A DNA stretch of 64,000 bases from an uncultured cyanobacterium (GTDB lineage: Bacteria > Cyanobacteriota > Cyanobacteriia > CAKZMO01). Positions 1 through 9,906 of this stretch are shown one piece after another. Each line of letters begins with the position of its first letter. Positions within the stretch are counted from its first letter, which is position 1. The stretch covers positions 384,001-448,000 of the forward strand of contig CAVRCJ010000003.1 in the NCBI GenBank assembly GCA_963719515.1, in the 5' to 3' direction. The position numbers and the translations under genes were made by a program. The notes under the pieces are model-generated. The model was not told the DNA's origin. It saw nothing but the letters and a program-made list of their open reading frames with translations, and did no database searches.

Positions 1-804
1 GTTCACAACAACAGCCTGCATTACGCCCCTCTAAAATTAGCCTTCTCCTTGCCCATTCCAATGGTAACGGTGCTGCACACCCCGCCATTTGGTAGCCTCA
101 TCGAAGGCTTTAAAGCGAGCGTTTCAGCCCTCAATCATCACGTCATTGCTATTTCAAGATCTGTTGCCCAATCTTGGCAGAGCGCCGTGCCCCAGCTAAA
201 GCCGCACCTGATTTACAACGGCGTAGATACCAATCATTGGCTACCGGCCAGCAAGCAGCAAAACTATGCGATTTGGTTTGGCCGCATCACGCCTGAGAAG
301 GGAACGCATTTGGCGATTCAGGCTGCAAAGCTAGCGGGCGTTCAGCTCAAGATTTGTGGGCCAATCCATAAGCCTGACTACTTTTTAAAAGAGGTCAAGC
401 CATTGCTCAGCAACCAGGCAGTCTACCTAGGAAATTTGAGCGCTGACGAACTCGCCAGCCAAGTCGCTCAGGCCAGCGCCTTTGTCTGCACGCCCTGCTG
501 GGATGAACCGTTTGGCTTAGTTGCCGCCGAAGCCCTGTCCAGCGGCACCCCCGTCGCCGGGTTTAACCGGGGTGCCCTGTCAGAAGTTGTGACCCCGGAA
601 ACGGGCGTTTTGGTGGCTGAAAACGCTGAGGCGCTGGCTTGGGCTATCAGACAAGCGCAGCAGCTCTCCCGAGAACGCTGTCGTCAACGCGCAATCGAAC
701 AGTTCTCAATAGCCACCATGGTTCAAAGCTACACCCGGCTCTATCAAACCCTAGTCAGCGATCGCCTCCAGCCTATACCTGCCGCGCTGCCCTTGGTGTC
801 ATGA
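1..804 (+). CDS. Glycosyltransferase family 4 (5'-truncated by window edge)
   Basis: Frame is open from base 1 (VHNNSLHYAP...). GT-B motifs FGRITPEKG and EPFGLVAAEALSSGTPV. Confidence 0.85.
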   Translation, partial: VHNNSLHYAPLKLAFSLPIPMVTVLHTPPFGSLIEGFKASVSALNHHVIAISRSVAQSWQSAVPQLKPHLIYNGVDTNHWLPASKQQNYAIWFGRITPEKGTHLAIQAAKLAGVQLKICGPIHKPDYFLKEVKPLLSNQAVYLGNLSADELASQVAQASAFVCTPCWDEPFGLVAAEALSSGTPVAGFNRGALSEVVTPETGVLVAENAEALAWAIRQAQQLSRERCRQRAIEQFSIATMVQSYTRLYQTLVSDRLQPIPAALPLVS

Positions 805-1859
805 CCAGTCATTCGATCCTTTACGTTGTCAACGCCGATGGGTCTGGGCATACCCGCCGCGCCGAAGCAATTTTGCAGCATCTCGACGTTCCGGTGGTAG
901 TGGCGTCAGAAAATCCGGGCCTGTTTAAGGGGCTCAGCCCCCATACGCTCGTTTGCCGCATTCCCCCGCTTCGGTTAGACGGCGATCGCCAGCTTGCTGA
1001 CGATGCCCTACATGTCCCCTACGGCAGCGATCGCGCCTACTTGGACCGGGTGCAGACTATGGTGGAGCTGTGCGATCGCCATCGCTGTTCCCTAGCGGTA
1101 ATTGATGTCTGTGCCGAAACCGCGATGCTGATGCGGCTGTGCGGCATCCCTTACCTCTACATGCGAATGAACGGTAGGCGCGACGATGCGGCCCATTTTC
1201 AAAGCTATCGCGCTGCAGCGGGATTAATCGCCAGCTACCCGCAGCCCTTTGAAGAAGATTGGGTACCCAGCTGGATGCGGGAAAAGACCTGCTACGTCGG
1301 CGGCATTTCAACTCAACCGCCACCGAAGTCACTAGCGCCGGTTTCCCAAACGCCCTACGTGCTGATCATGCGCGGTAAAGGCGTGAGCCAGCTGACACCG
1401 GCAGCGATCGCCTCAGCATCAGCGCTGGTGTCAGACTATCGATGGATTGGGATTGGCTTCGACCAAGCGCAGAGGGGAGACAACTTCGAAATCCTGCCCT
1501 ACGTCGCCGATTCTGAGCGCTATGTGCAGCAGGCCGCGATCGTGATTGCGAACACCGGCAACAACAGCGTTTTAGAGATTGGCCACGAGGCCAAACCGTT
1601 CATCACGGCTCCCGAATGGCGCTTTTTTGAAGAACAGACCACAAAGGCAGCTCAGCTAGCCAAGCATAATCTAGCCGTCGTTTTGACGGAATGGCCCCAA
1701 ACGGGGGAGGCTTGGCAGGCGGTGTTGACGCAGGCTAATCGTTTAGATAGCAACGCCTGGCCAAAGATATTGTCTACGGATGGCGCAGAGCGGGCGGCAA
1801 ACTACATCTCGGAGCAGTTTGCCCTAGTTTCACCGCGATCGGTGTCTTCAGCGGCTTGA
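801..1859 (+). CDS. Glycosyltransferase, GT28/MurG-like GT-B fold
   Basis: ATG at 801 overlaps the upstream stop (ATGA). N-terminal GSGHTRR motif; C-terminal NTGNNSVLE and FFEEQ. Confidence 0.7.
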   Translation: MTSHSILYVVNADGSGHTRRAEAILQHLDVPVVVASENPGLFKGLSPHTLVCRIPPLRLDGDRQLADDALHVPYGSDRAYLDRVQTMVELCDRHRCSLAVIDVCAETAMLMRLCGIPYLYMRMNGRRDDAAHFQSYRAAAGLIASYPQPFEEDWVPSWMREKTCYVGGISTQPPPKSLAPVSQTPYVLIMRGKGVSQLTPAAIASASALVSDYRWIGIGFDQAQRGDNFEILPYVADSERYVQQAAIVIANTGNNSVLEIGHEAKPFITAPEWRFFEEQTTKAAQLAKHNLAVVLTEWPQTGEAWQAVLTQANRLDSNAWPKILSTDGAERAANYISEQFALVSPRSVSSAA

Positions 1860-1920
1860 TGGTTTCAGCGTTGACGATGTAGGACTATGCGTTTTAAGTG
1901 GACAGGGCGGCGTCATGTCC

Positions 1921-2793
1921 CTACCGCACAGATTGACGGGCCGCCGCGATCGCCTCATCTGTAGGTTCTGCCACAACGCGAATGGTGGATGCGGTCTGGG
2001 ACCACTCGATATACCCGGCTTCGACAAACTGCTGCAGCCATTTTTCCATCGGCCACCACTGTCGCTTGCGATAGAAAACGGCGGCATTGCGCAGGACGTC
2101 GTGAAAATGCTGCAGCGGCGGCGCATATTGGTCGTGGTATTGGTGAAAGGCGGTTCCGCCCCCGAGCCAAGCCACGCGAACGCCTTTCTCCTGGGCTGAA
2201 AACGCAAAATCAGTGTCTTCTGCGCCGTAGCCCTGAAACCGCTCGTCGAAGCCGCCGATCTGCTCCCAAACCGATCGCCGTAGCCCAAAGTTGAGTGACC
2301 AAAACAGGTGATAGTCGCGGGTGGGCTGCAGGGTGCCCGCTTCAGGGTAGGTTCGGGCGGGATGGGGGCGACCCTGCCGCCTCAAGTCGGCGGCGTCCCA
2401 GCCGTCGGGTAGGGGCGCAGGCAGATAGTAAACGCCCCCCATCGCAATGGCGTTAGGAGCCGCTTCAAACGCAGGGTGGTAATCCGCCACGAGACGGGCC
2501 GCCGGAATGCAGTCGACATCTAAAAAAATGAGGCGATCGCCAGCGGCGGTTTGTGCGCCTTGATTGCGCGCCTGCGCTAAGGGCAGCTTCGTTGCTGAAG
2601 TGTGGACTTCGGTTGTGACATAGTGTCCTGTGAAAAAATCTGGGGGCGGCTGTGCCGTCTCGTTCATGTGAACGACTACGGTTTCAATGTCAAAGCCCTC
2701 CGGCGGCGGGCTCAGCCGCTGCACCCCCAGAAGGAGATGGCGCAAATGGCGCGTCCGATTTTTGATCAGCACAATAATAGAGATTTTTTCCAT
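1921..2793 (-). CDS. Glycosyltransferase family 2 with galactosyltransferase-like C-terminus
   Basis: Motifs ARNQGA, FLDVDCIP and GGFDERFQGYGAEDTD. Start placed at MEKISII because the longer ORF start lies inside a repeat element. Confidence 0.8.
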   Translation of the reverse strand: MEKISIIVLIKNRTRHLRHLLLGVQRLSPPPEGFDIETVVVHMNETAQPPPDFFTGHYVTTEVHTSATKLPLAQARNQGAQTAAGDRLIFLDVDCIPAARLVADYHPAFEAAPNAIAMGGVYYLPAPLPDGWDAADLRRQGRPHPARTYPEAGTLQPTRDYHLFWSLNFGLRRSVWEQIGGFDERFQGYGAEDTDFAFSAQEKGVRVAWLGGGTAFHQYHDQYAPPLQHFHDVLRNAAVFYRKRQWWPMEKWLQQFVEAGYIEWSQTASTIRVVAEPTDEAIAAARQSVR

Positions 2794-2807
2794 GTCCCTT
2801 GCCGAGC

Positions 2808-2913
2808 TATAGCGAATGTCCTGATGCATTAGGACATTTGCGCGCTCAGTTGCCGACACAATGTCAGGCGTTCAGCCGATTCTGGTGTCCTAAGCAACTG
2901 AACCAATGCAATA
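2808..2913. repeat. 106-bp MITE-like dispersed repeat, copy 1
   Basis: Aligns without gaps to 27456-27561 (11 mismatches by hand count). TAT...ATA ends and internal inverted TTAGGACA/TGTCCTAA. Confidence 0.8.
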
Positions 2914-3052
2914 AGTGCCGAGCTGCTATCGATGAACGGCGATCCTGAACACTGGCCCCCAAGCACTGGCCCTCTCTCCTACTTCGATGCCATTACAATA
3001 CTCCTCTATCCTTCCTCTGGATACCCTTTCGCCATACTGAGAATTGCTGGTC

Positions 3053-3780
3053 TCAAAACAGCCCTTGAGCGCGCCGAGACGGCTCTCGGTAGGTCAAGAG
3101 AGACACCGCAACGAATACAACGAACCCCAAAAGAGGACTCAAGAGCGTCGGCAAACCATCGAAATCGGAGCTGAATATATCGTTGGGAATGTAGAGCAGG
3201 GCGTTATTTAGGCCAAACGCCGTTGGCCTCATCACAAACAGAACTAGACGCGTGGCTGAGCCGACGAGCATACAGGCGATCGCCCCTGCCTGTGTTGCCT
3301 TTGGCCAAAATAGTCCTCCGGCCAAGGGGACTAGCAACCCGGCAAATCCTAAATGAACTTCTCAATCGCAGCAAGCTGCGGAGTATCACTTTGCTATGCC
3401 TCACACACTTCGTGGCTCGGCTTCGCTCAACAGCGCCCTATCGAGCGCTGTTCTCTAGACCGCAGCAAGCTGCGGGGTATGTGACCCAGAGAACTAGATC
3501 AAACGCCAGCAGCAGCAATAGCCCATTTTATTAAGAGGTTTGGCAAAGAAAAGCCCGGTCAACAGCAGGCAAAGCGCTAGGCCAAGGGGGAGAGAAGCCC
3601 CTGCCCAAAACCCAAACTCGGCCGCTAAGTCTGTGTTGCCAAAGGTGGCATTTGAATCTACGGACTGCGCCATGAGCGTCGTTGCCGCTAGCGGCAGTGC
3701 GAGTCGACGTCCTGCAACGAGATAGTTGACGCTACTCTCTTTAATTTTATCGGTTGCAAGCAAACCAACCCCGACATTAG
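3053..3780 (-). pseudogene. Sodium:solute symporter remnant (large internal deletion plus 142-bp insertion)
   Basis: N-terminal piece NYLVAGRRLALPL...DSNATFGNTDL...KMG jumps directly to the C-terminal piece LLLLAFDL|GFAGLLVPLAGGLFW, which is split by an insert at 3352-3493. Confidence 0.8.
3352..3493. mobile_element. 142-bp non-autonomous palindrome-bearing insertion (PATE-like)
   Basis: Flanked by CTA (3349-3351, 3494-3496). Removing it restores GAT CTA GGA TTT GCC. Carries two direct copies of the hairpin CGCAGCAAGCTGCGG(A/G)GTAT (3367-3386, 3461-3480). Confidence 0.65.
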
Positions 3781-4023
3781 CTGTTTCTGAAGCTGTAAAG
3801 TCTGTTTTTTGTAGTAAGAAAATGGTTTTAAATAAAGATACCTGTTCTCGACTACACCCTTCTAAATTCAAGCAGATTTTGCGGCCCACATCAAAATAGC
3901 AGGTGCTAGGTTTGCATGTCTACGATTAAAAATGGGTCAAGAAAAGAGTTTTGAAACTCTTTGTAACCACACCTATTGTATGAAGTTCTAAGGCTGTTTT
4001 AGCCGATCTCTCTGGTTACCGAG

Positions 4024-4311
4024 CTACGAGATGAATTCGAGCAGCAACACTGATGGCTCTTTCAAGTCTCGGTAGCTTTTTGCTTTAGCCTCAATCGCCT
4101 GCCGCTGCCCTATGGCCCGACCGCAGGGAAACCCATACTTCTTTTGCACTCGATCGCTCGCAATGCTTAAAGCCTCCCGCGATCGCTCGACAAAGTCTTC
4201 TAGGCCATAGGCTTCCCCCGCCGTTAGGTAGTCCTGCACCACCAAAGACGGCGAGTAGCACAGCTCTTGAGAGCCGTCGGGCCACTGAATCTTGAACTGA
4301 ATTTCAGGCAT
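4024..4311 (-). CDS. nitG: MSMEG_0570 family nitrogen-starvation protein (Nit1C)
   Basis: Family signature MPEIQFKIQWPDG...CYSPSLVV...YGFPC, plus cluster context. Confidence 0.9.
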   Translation of the reverse strand: MPEIQFKIQWPDGSQELCYSPSLVVQDYLTAGEAYGLEDFVERSREALSIASDRVQKKYGFPCGRAIGQRQAIEAKAKSYRDLKEPSVLLLEFIS

Positions 4312-4314
4312 AGG

Positions 4315-5457
4315 TCATCCCACGGTTGCAGTTACAGTAGAGCTAGCACAAAGCCGCTCGTATTCCCTCACGTGCTGGTGAGCGCAGCGCTCCCAGGTGT
4401 AGCGGTCCAAAATAGGTTGGCTTTGGCGCACCATCGCCGCCGCGATCGCGGGGTCAAGCGATCGCACCATCGCCGCCGCGATCGCCGCCGGGTCCAGCGG
4501 GTTGGCGAGGCAGGCTTGCTGGGGGGACAGAAACTCTGTGAAGGGCGGTTGGTCAGACGCCACAACGGGCAGCCCGGAGGCGATCGCCTCCAGCACGACC
4601 AATCCCCAGCCCTCTTTGAGGGAGGGAAACGCGAACGCATCGGCGCACCGATACAGGGCGGGCAGGCTTTCGCCCGGCACTACCCCCGGCAGCACGAGCG
4701 CCTCCCGCAAGTCTAGAGCCTCCGCAACGGCAAAAAACTCATCGCGGTAGGCCTGATAGTCAAACAGCGTAGCTCCGCCGACGATCATCAGCTGGGCCGT
4801 GGGGTGATGGCGATGCACCTGGGCAAAGGCCTGCAGCAGGCGAATAGAATTTTTGCGAGGCTCAATGCCGCCAACGGTGAGGAACACCGGGCCGCTCAGC
4901 CCATAGCGCGATCGCAGCTGCGCCTCCTCGCCGCTGATCTGCGGAGTAAATCGCTGCCGGTCCACGCCGTTGACCACTCGCCCCGCCTCAATGCCGTACT
5001 CGGCCTGCAGGGTCACTCGCCAGCGATCGCTCACCACTAAGCAGCGGTCTGGCCTGTAGATAGAGCGCTCTTGGCACTGCTGGAGATAAGGGCTTTCGAA
5101 GGCCTCGACGTGGTGGACAGTGCGCAGAATGGGGGAGACACCCGCCTGGGCTAGGGCGTTAGCGCCGATGCAGTCCTGGGCGTGGTAGAGGTCGTATTGG
5201 CCTGCGGTGGATTCTAGAGCGGCGACAAATTCCGCAATCCGCTGGCGAATTAGACCATCGATGTCGGCGGGGGCGGGCTGGGCAGGAATGAGCCGAACCC
5301 TGCAGGGGAGCGATCGCTCGAAGCTGGTGCCTTTGTCCAAGGCGTAGATGCAGACCTGGTGGCCAAGCTGGGTGAGGGCGGCGGCCAGCTCTAGGGTATG
5401 GACGACGCTGCCCCTAGGCTTAGTGGAGTAGGTGAGTAGGGCGATGCGGAAGGGCAT
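4315..5457 (-). CDS. MSMEG_0565 family glycosyltransferase (GT4)
   Basis: RIALLTYSTKPRGSVVHTLELA, GGIEPRKN and EGWGLVVLEA. Start at MPFRI (5457); alternative start at 5493. Confidence 0.9.
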   Translation of the reverse strand: MPFRIALLTYSTKPRGSVVHTLELAAALTQLGHQVCIYALDKGTSFERSLPCRVRLIPAQPAPADIDGLIRQRIAEFVAALESTAGQYDLYHAQDCIGANALAQAGVSPILRTVHHVEAFESPYLQQCQERSIYRPDRCLVVSDRWRVTLQAEYGIEAGRVVNGVDRQRFTPQISGEEAQLRSRYGLSGPVFLTVGGIEPRKNSIRLLQAFAQVHRHHPTAQLMIVGGATLFDYQAYRDEFFAVAEALDLREALVLPGVVPGESLPALYRCADAFAFPSLKEGWGLVVLEAIASGLPVVASDQPPFTEFLSPQQACLANPLDPAAIAAAMVRSLDPAIAAAMVRQSQPILDRYTWERCAHQHVREYERLCASSTVTATVG

Positions 5458-5473
5458 AGGGATATTTTTGGGA

Positions 5474-6460
5474 TTATTGAGCGCGATCGCCATCCGGGGC
5501 GAAAAATCCGGTTAGCGCCTGCTGCCGGAAGTTCCAAAACGGCCTCGACTCCTGGCCTAGGGTGAGAGTCAAAGCGCGATCGCCCGTCACCCGACCCACC
5601 ACGTCGCAGGTCAAATCTCTGGACCGAAAGAGGGCCTGCACTTGAGCCGCCCGCTCAGGTCGCACGCTGAGCAAAAAGCCATAGCTGGGAAAGCTCAGCA
5701 GCCACCGCGTCAGCGGCACTTCCCTAGGGCGAGGCACCGCGCCTAGGTCTAAGGTGGCCCCAGCGCCAGAGGTCTCCAGCAGCATGAGCAGCGTCCCCAC
5801 CAGTCCGCCCATGCTGATGTCTTTGCCTGCGTCGCACCAGCCGCGCTCCGCGAGGGCGGGCAGCAGGGCTAAGTTGGCTTGCAGTGTTGGCCCCTCCTTG
5901 TGGGTCGCTGCGTTCCAAAATGGGTAGCTAAGGTGGGGCTTCCCGTCTAAGTCTACGGCCATCAGCAGGACGTCGCCCGGCTGGGCGTTAAAGCTGGTGA
6001 TTAGGGATGTGGCCTGCCCCAGAATGGCTACGGCTAGGGCATCGTGAGGGCTGTGATGATTGGAATGTCCCCCCACGATGGGTACGCCAAAAGCGTGGGA
6101 GGCCGCCATCATCCCCTCCCAGAGCGGTGCGGCACCCTGGGCGTCTTGGCTCCACAGGGCATCCACCACCGCCAAAGGTCGGCCCCCCATGGCGTAGATA
6201 TCGCTGACGTTGACCATCACGGCGCACCAGCCCGCAAACCAGGGCTCGCTTTGGACAAGCTGCGGCCAGAGCCCCTCGGCGGCGAGCAGCAGGTAGCCAT
6301 TGCCTTGGGGAATCGCGGCGCAGTCGTCCCCCAGAGCGATGGGCGCTTGCGTCTGGGGATGGGGAACCCACTGCCCCAGCTGACGGGCCGCCACCTGAAT
6401 ATCCTGCTTGTGCTTAAGGCTGACGGCCTGCTGCAGCTCTGCGACAATCTGTGCCAGCAT
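5474..6460 (-). CDS. nitF: Sll0787 family AIR synthase/SelD-like protein
   Basis: PurM-like motifs GDDCAAI, VNVSDIYAMGG, VGGH and KDISMGG. Confidence 0.9.
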   Translation of the reverse strand: MLAQIVAELQQAVSLKHKQDIQVAARQLGQWVPHPQTQAPIALGDDCAAIPQGNGYLLLAAEGLWPQLVQSEPWFAGWCAVMVNVSDIYAMGGRPLAVVDALWSQDAQGAAPLWEGMMAASHAFGVPIVGGHSNHHSPHDALAVAILGQATSLITSFNAQPGDVLLMAVDLDGKPHLSYPFWNAATHKEGPTLQANLALLPALAERGWCDAGKDISMGGLVGTLLMLLETSGAGATLDLGAVPRPREVPLTRWLLSFPSYGFLLSVRPERAAQVQALFRSRDLTCDVVGRVTGDRALTLTLGQESRPFWNFRQQALTGFFAPDGDRAQ

Positions 6461-7002
6461 TACGAGGCCTGCCGGGCCCCACCGTCCGACGCAGCACCAT
6501 AGCCCGGCAGCTCAAACCGCGCCTCCCTACAGGGGGGGTAGGCCTCTAAATCCGCCTCCATTAGATGATGGGGACGGCCCTGAATCTCTAGCGTTTCCAG
6601 CGACTGCCAGTGCAGGCGGCGGAAAAAGCGCACGTTTTGCAGCTGCACGGTGGCCAAAAAGCGATCGCAGCCCCAGGCATTGGCGGTAGAAACGGCTTTG
6701 ACGATCAGGCCTTTGCCAATACGGCCCGCGCGCCGATAGTCCACATGCACCCCCAGCCGCCCGCCGTACCACTGACGCGGCTCGGTTTCGTAGATGCGCA
6801 CCACGCCGACGACGGTGGGCAGAGCCAGCAGGGGGGAGTCGGTCTGGAGCGCCACAATGGGGTAAGCCGTTGCGTCTGTCTCGTCCAGGTCGCTGCCCTC
6901 GAACAAATTCTGCTCGTGGCAAAAGATAGTCTCTCTCAGGGCGTAGTAGGCGCGAAGATTCCTGGGCGATCGCGCCAGCTCAAAGCGATAGCGGTGGGCC
7001 AT
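6460..7002 (-). CDS. nitE: MSMEG_0567/Sll0786 family GNAT N-acetyltransferase
   Basis: VVGVVRIY...WYGGRLGV...FLATVQLQNVRFFRRLHW, plus cluster context. Confidence 0.9.
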   Translation of the reverse strand: MAHRYRFELARSPRNLRAYYALRETIFCHEQNLFEGSDLDETDATAYPIVALQTDSPLLALPTVVGVVRIYETEPRQWYGGRLGVHVDYRRAGRIGKGLIVKAVSTANAWGCDRFLATVQLQNVRFFRRLHWQSLETLEIQGRPHHLMEADLEAYPPCREARFELPGYGAASDGGARQAS

Positions 7003-7029
7003 AGCGTTCTCCTTGATGGCTTGGATGTC

Positions 7030-8124
7030 CTACTCAAACAGGGAAAGCGCCGAGCAAGCCCCGCATTTGCCGCAGCCCGCCTTCATCTCAGCAGAAGACA
7101 TCCCGGCGCGGCGCAGCTTTTCCCCCACCGCCTGATACACCGTGGTCATAAAGGCCTGCGAGGGGGCCGGGTGGTGCTCTAGCGGCGTCCCCGTAATGGG
7201 GACAAACGGCACCACAAAGGGATAGACCCCCGCGTCAATTAGGCGATCGCAGGTGGATATTAGGGTCTCGGCGCTGTCCCCCAGCCCCGCCAGCAGGTAA
7301 GTGCTCACCTGCCCCCAGCCAAAGACCTTAACGGCGGCGGCAAAGGCCTCAAAATACCGCGAAACCGGGATCTCTGCCTTACCCGGCATGATTCTAGCCC
7401 GCACCGCTGGCTCCACGACCTCCAGGTGCATCCCCAAGCTATCGATGCCCGCCGCCTTCATGCGGTCAAACCAGACAAAGTCGTCTGGCGGTTCGCACTG
7501 GGCCTGGATCGGTAGGTTAACGCGGTCCTTGACCGCCTGCGCGCAGGCGGCGAGGTGGGCGGCCCCTCGGTCAGGGGTGCTGGGGGTTCCGGTGGTCATC
7601 ACCATGTGGCGCACCCCATCCAAGGCAACGGCGGCGGCGGCGACCTCAGCGAGCTGCTCGGGGTGCTTGCGGGCCACGGTGCGCCCGGCGGTGAGGGAGT
7701 TTTCAATGGCGCAAAACTGACAGGCGGTGTCGGGGTCGCGGTAGCGCATGCACATCTGCAGCACGGTGGTCGCCAGCACATCGCGGCTGTGGAGCAGGGC
7801 AATTTTTGAGTAGGGGGTGCCGTCGGTGGTGGTGAGGTCGTAGAACTTAGGGCGCGGCGGGAAGGCGATCGCCGCCTCTAAAGCTGCGTCGTCGTGCTGC
7901 AGCGCCATGCTTTGGTCGCGGGTCGTCTGGGCGGCCTGCACCTGGTAAGGCGACTGGCTCGCAGTCCCCGTATAGATGGGAACCATCACCGTCGTGCCGT
8001 CAATGGTGATGGCCTTATGGTCAGACGGCCCCGCCCCGCCCTTGCGGCCCTCAGCGCCAGCCGAGGCATCCGCTACCCGCAGCCCCTGGGACTGTAGGTC
8101 GGTGATCAATTGCTGCTTATTCAT
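7030..8124 (-). CDS. nitD: MSMEG_0568 family radical SAM protein
   Basis: GGAGPSDH, CMRY...CQFC variant cluster motif, C-terminal CGKCGACS. Confidence 0.93.
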   Translation of the reverse strand: MNKQQLITDLQSQGLRVADASAGAEGRKGGAGPSDHKAITIDGTTVMVPIYTGTASQSPYQVQAAQTTRDQSMALQHDDAALEAAIAFPPRPKFYDLTTTDGTPYSKIALLHSRDVLATTVLQMCMRYRDPDTACQFCAIENSLTAGRTVARKHPEQLAEVAAAAVALDGVRHMVMTTGTPSTPDRGAAHLAACAQAVKDRVNLPIQAQCEPPDDFVWFDRMKAAGIDSLGMHLEVVEPAVRARIMPGKAEIPVSRYFEAFAAAVKVFGWGQVSTYLLAGLGDSAETLISTCDRLIDAGVYPFVVPFVPITGTPLEHHPAPSQAFMTTVYQAVGEKLRRAGMSSAEMKAGCGKCGACSALSLFE

Positions 8125-8138
8125 AAAGGATGTTAAAT

Positions 8139-9227
8139 CTAGGGAGCTTGAGGCGATTCGGACGGCTTACGAGATTCATCACCCTGAGTTTGAAGATCTA
8201 AGTTTAGACCGCTGCGACGGCCTTTTGAGGTCGGACTTTGGGTCTCACTATTTACTGGCGGTGGCGAGGGAAATCCTGTAGACCTATCGCCTGCGTCGGC
8301 CTTCCTCGACAGGGGCCCCCAAGCGTCACCGTTGAGCTGCACCTTGAGTAAATCGGGGCGGGCGTAGTGGCCCACCGAGTCCATCATCCGCTTGCGCTTG
8401 ACGATCAAAGCAAAATCTAAATCGGCGATCGCCAGCCCTTCCCCTTCAAAAATTGGGTCGCACAGCGGCACCCCTTCTGGGCTGATGATGGCGGTATAGC
8501 ACCCGCCGCTCAGCACCTTCTGCAGCTTTTCGTCTGGGGTAATTTGCTGGCGCTGCCCGGGGGTCAGCCAGCCCGTGGCGTTGACCACGAAGCACCCCGA
8601 CTCTAGAGCGTGGTGGCGCATGGTCACCTCCATCTGGTCGGCAAAAATCTGGCCTACCATCGACCCCGGAAACTGGCCGCAGTGAATCTGCTCGTGCTGG
8701 GCCATCAGGGCGTAGCGCGCCAGGGGGTTGTAATGCTCCCAGCAGGCCAGCGCGCCCACGCGGCCCACGGCGGTTGGGGCCACCGCTAGCCCCGCCCCAT
8801 CGCCCTGACCCCACACCATCCGCTCGTGAAAGGTCGGCGTAATCTTGCGGCGCTTGAGCAGCAGCGCGCCGTCGGCGTCGAACAGCAGCTGAGTGTTGTA
8901 GAGCGAGCCTTCATCCCGCTCATTCACCCCCAGCACCACCACCATCTCGTAGGAGCGGGCGGCGCGGCTCACCGCGTCCACCACCGGCCCCGGCACGGTG
9001 ACCGCCTCTTCGTACAGCTGCATATGCGCTTTCCCCATGAGCACGGGGGGCTGCACGAACGAAAAGTAGGGGTAGTAGGGAATGATTGTCTCCGGAAAGA
9101 CAATCAGCTGCGCCCCCTCGCGGGCAGCCTGAGCGATCGCCTCTAGCACTTTTTCGGTGGTGCCAGCGCGGTCATACAGTACGGGGCTGATTTGGGCAGC
9201 GGCAGCGCGAATGGTGGGGTAAGGCAT
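8139..9227 (-). CDS. nitC: Nit6803-family nitrilase
   Basis: Catalytic E-K-C triad motifs VFPET, RRKITPT and [16 protein letters not shown]. Start at [12 protein letters not shown]. Confidence 0.95.
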   Translation of the reverse strand: MPYPTIRAAAAQISPVLYDRAGTTEKVLEAIAQAAREGAQLIVFPETIIPYYPYFSFVQPPVLMGKAHMQLYEEAVTVPGPVVDAVSRAARSYEMVVVLGVNERDEGSLYNTQLLFDADGALLLKRRKITPTFHERMVWGQGDGAGLAVAPTAVGRVGALACWEHYNPLARYALMAQHEQIHCGQFPGSMVGQIFADQMEVTMRHHALESGCFVVNATGWLTPGQRQQITPDEKLQKVLSGGCYTAIISPEGVPLCDPIFEGEGLAIADLDFALIVKRKRMMDSVGHYARPDLLKVQLNGDAWGPLSRKADAGDRSTGFPSPPPVNSETQSPTSKGRRSGLNLDLQTQGDESRKPSESPQAP

Positions 9228-9287
9228 GGGTGATGACGGGGTAGGGACACAGCACCGCCATGTCCACAACAGTGGGTAAAAGAAAGG

Positions 9288-9770
9288 CTACATTGTCCAG
9301 GTATCTAGAATAAACGCGCCTTCTTTGCGGTGCATGAGCACCAGATCTAGGACGTCTAGCGGATTGATGGGGCGGATGCCAGGCATCAAAGAGGGCTCAC
9401 CGTGGCCATAGAGCGCCTGCAGCGCAAACCGACAGGCGTAAACCTTGCCGCCTTCCTCCATGACCTTTTTGAGCTGATTGTTGATGGCTTGGTGTCCTGG
9501 AAACGCCTCATCCCCGATTTTTGGGAAACCCCGCTGGATGCCGAGGGTTACGCCAGGGCCATAGAGCAGCACCGAAGTCTCAAACCCTTTACGAATCAGC
9601 CGCGTGGCCTGCAGCAGGTTGACAAGTCCAATTGATCCTTCAAAGGCCACCGTGTGGAACGTCACCAGTGCTTTCTCGCCCGGGTCGGCCTGAACATCAG
9701 GAAAGACTTTCTCTTCATAATCGACAAAAAAGTCGCCAGCTTGGTGTGCTGGGGTAGTCACTTCAGGCAT
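9288..9770 (-). CDS. nitB: MSMEG_0572/Sll0783 family DsrE-like protein
   Basis: [13 protein letters not shown]...[11 protein letters not shown]...[12 protein letters not shown]...LDTWTM. Confidence 0.93.
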   Translation of the reverse strand: MPEVTTPAHQAGDFFVDYEEKVFPDVQADPGEKALVTFHTVAFEGSIGLVNLLQATRLIRKGFETSVLLYGPGVTLGIQRGFPKIGDEAFPGHQAINNQLKKVMEEGGKVYACRFALQALYGHGEPSLMPGIRPINPLDVLDLVLMHRKEGAFILDTWTM

Positions 9771-9864
9771 GGTAGATCCTCATAAGGTTGCAAGTTAGCG
9801 TTGAAAATTTGAGTATTGGGGTCAATCTAAAGATTGAAATTCAGCTGCAGAGCCGTTATGCAGC

Positions 9865-9906
9865 ACCTTAGAGGGGATAAAAGCGAGCTCCAGTATAAAC
9901 AGCTAC
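9865..9906 (-). promoter_or_regulatory. Canonical NtcA-activated promoter of the nitB operon
   Basis: Minus strand GTAGCTGTTTATAC (GTA-N8-TAC, 9906-9893), then 22 nt, then TAAGGT (TA-N3-T). Confidence 0.85.

Noticed and set aside
3963..3976. Fourth NtcA box (GTAACCACACCTAT) upstream of the symporter remnant
   Set aside because: Mismatch in the conserved terminal AC; too weak to call.
4315..6460. SelD-like protein plus glycosyltransferase as a selenosugar/selenoneine pathway
   Set aside because: The proteins match the Nit1C Sll0787 and MSMEG_0565 (GT4) families, not SenB/SenC, and no SenA/EgtB-like gene is present.
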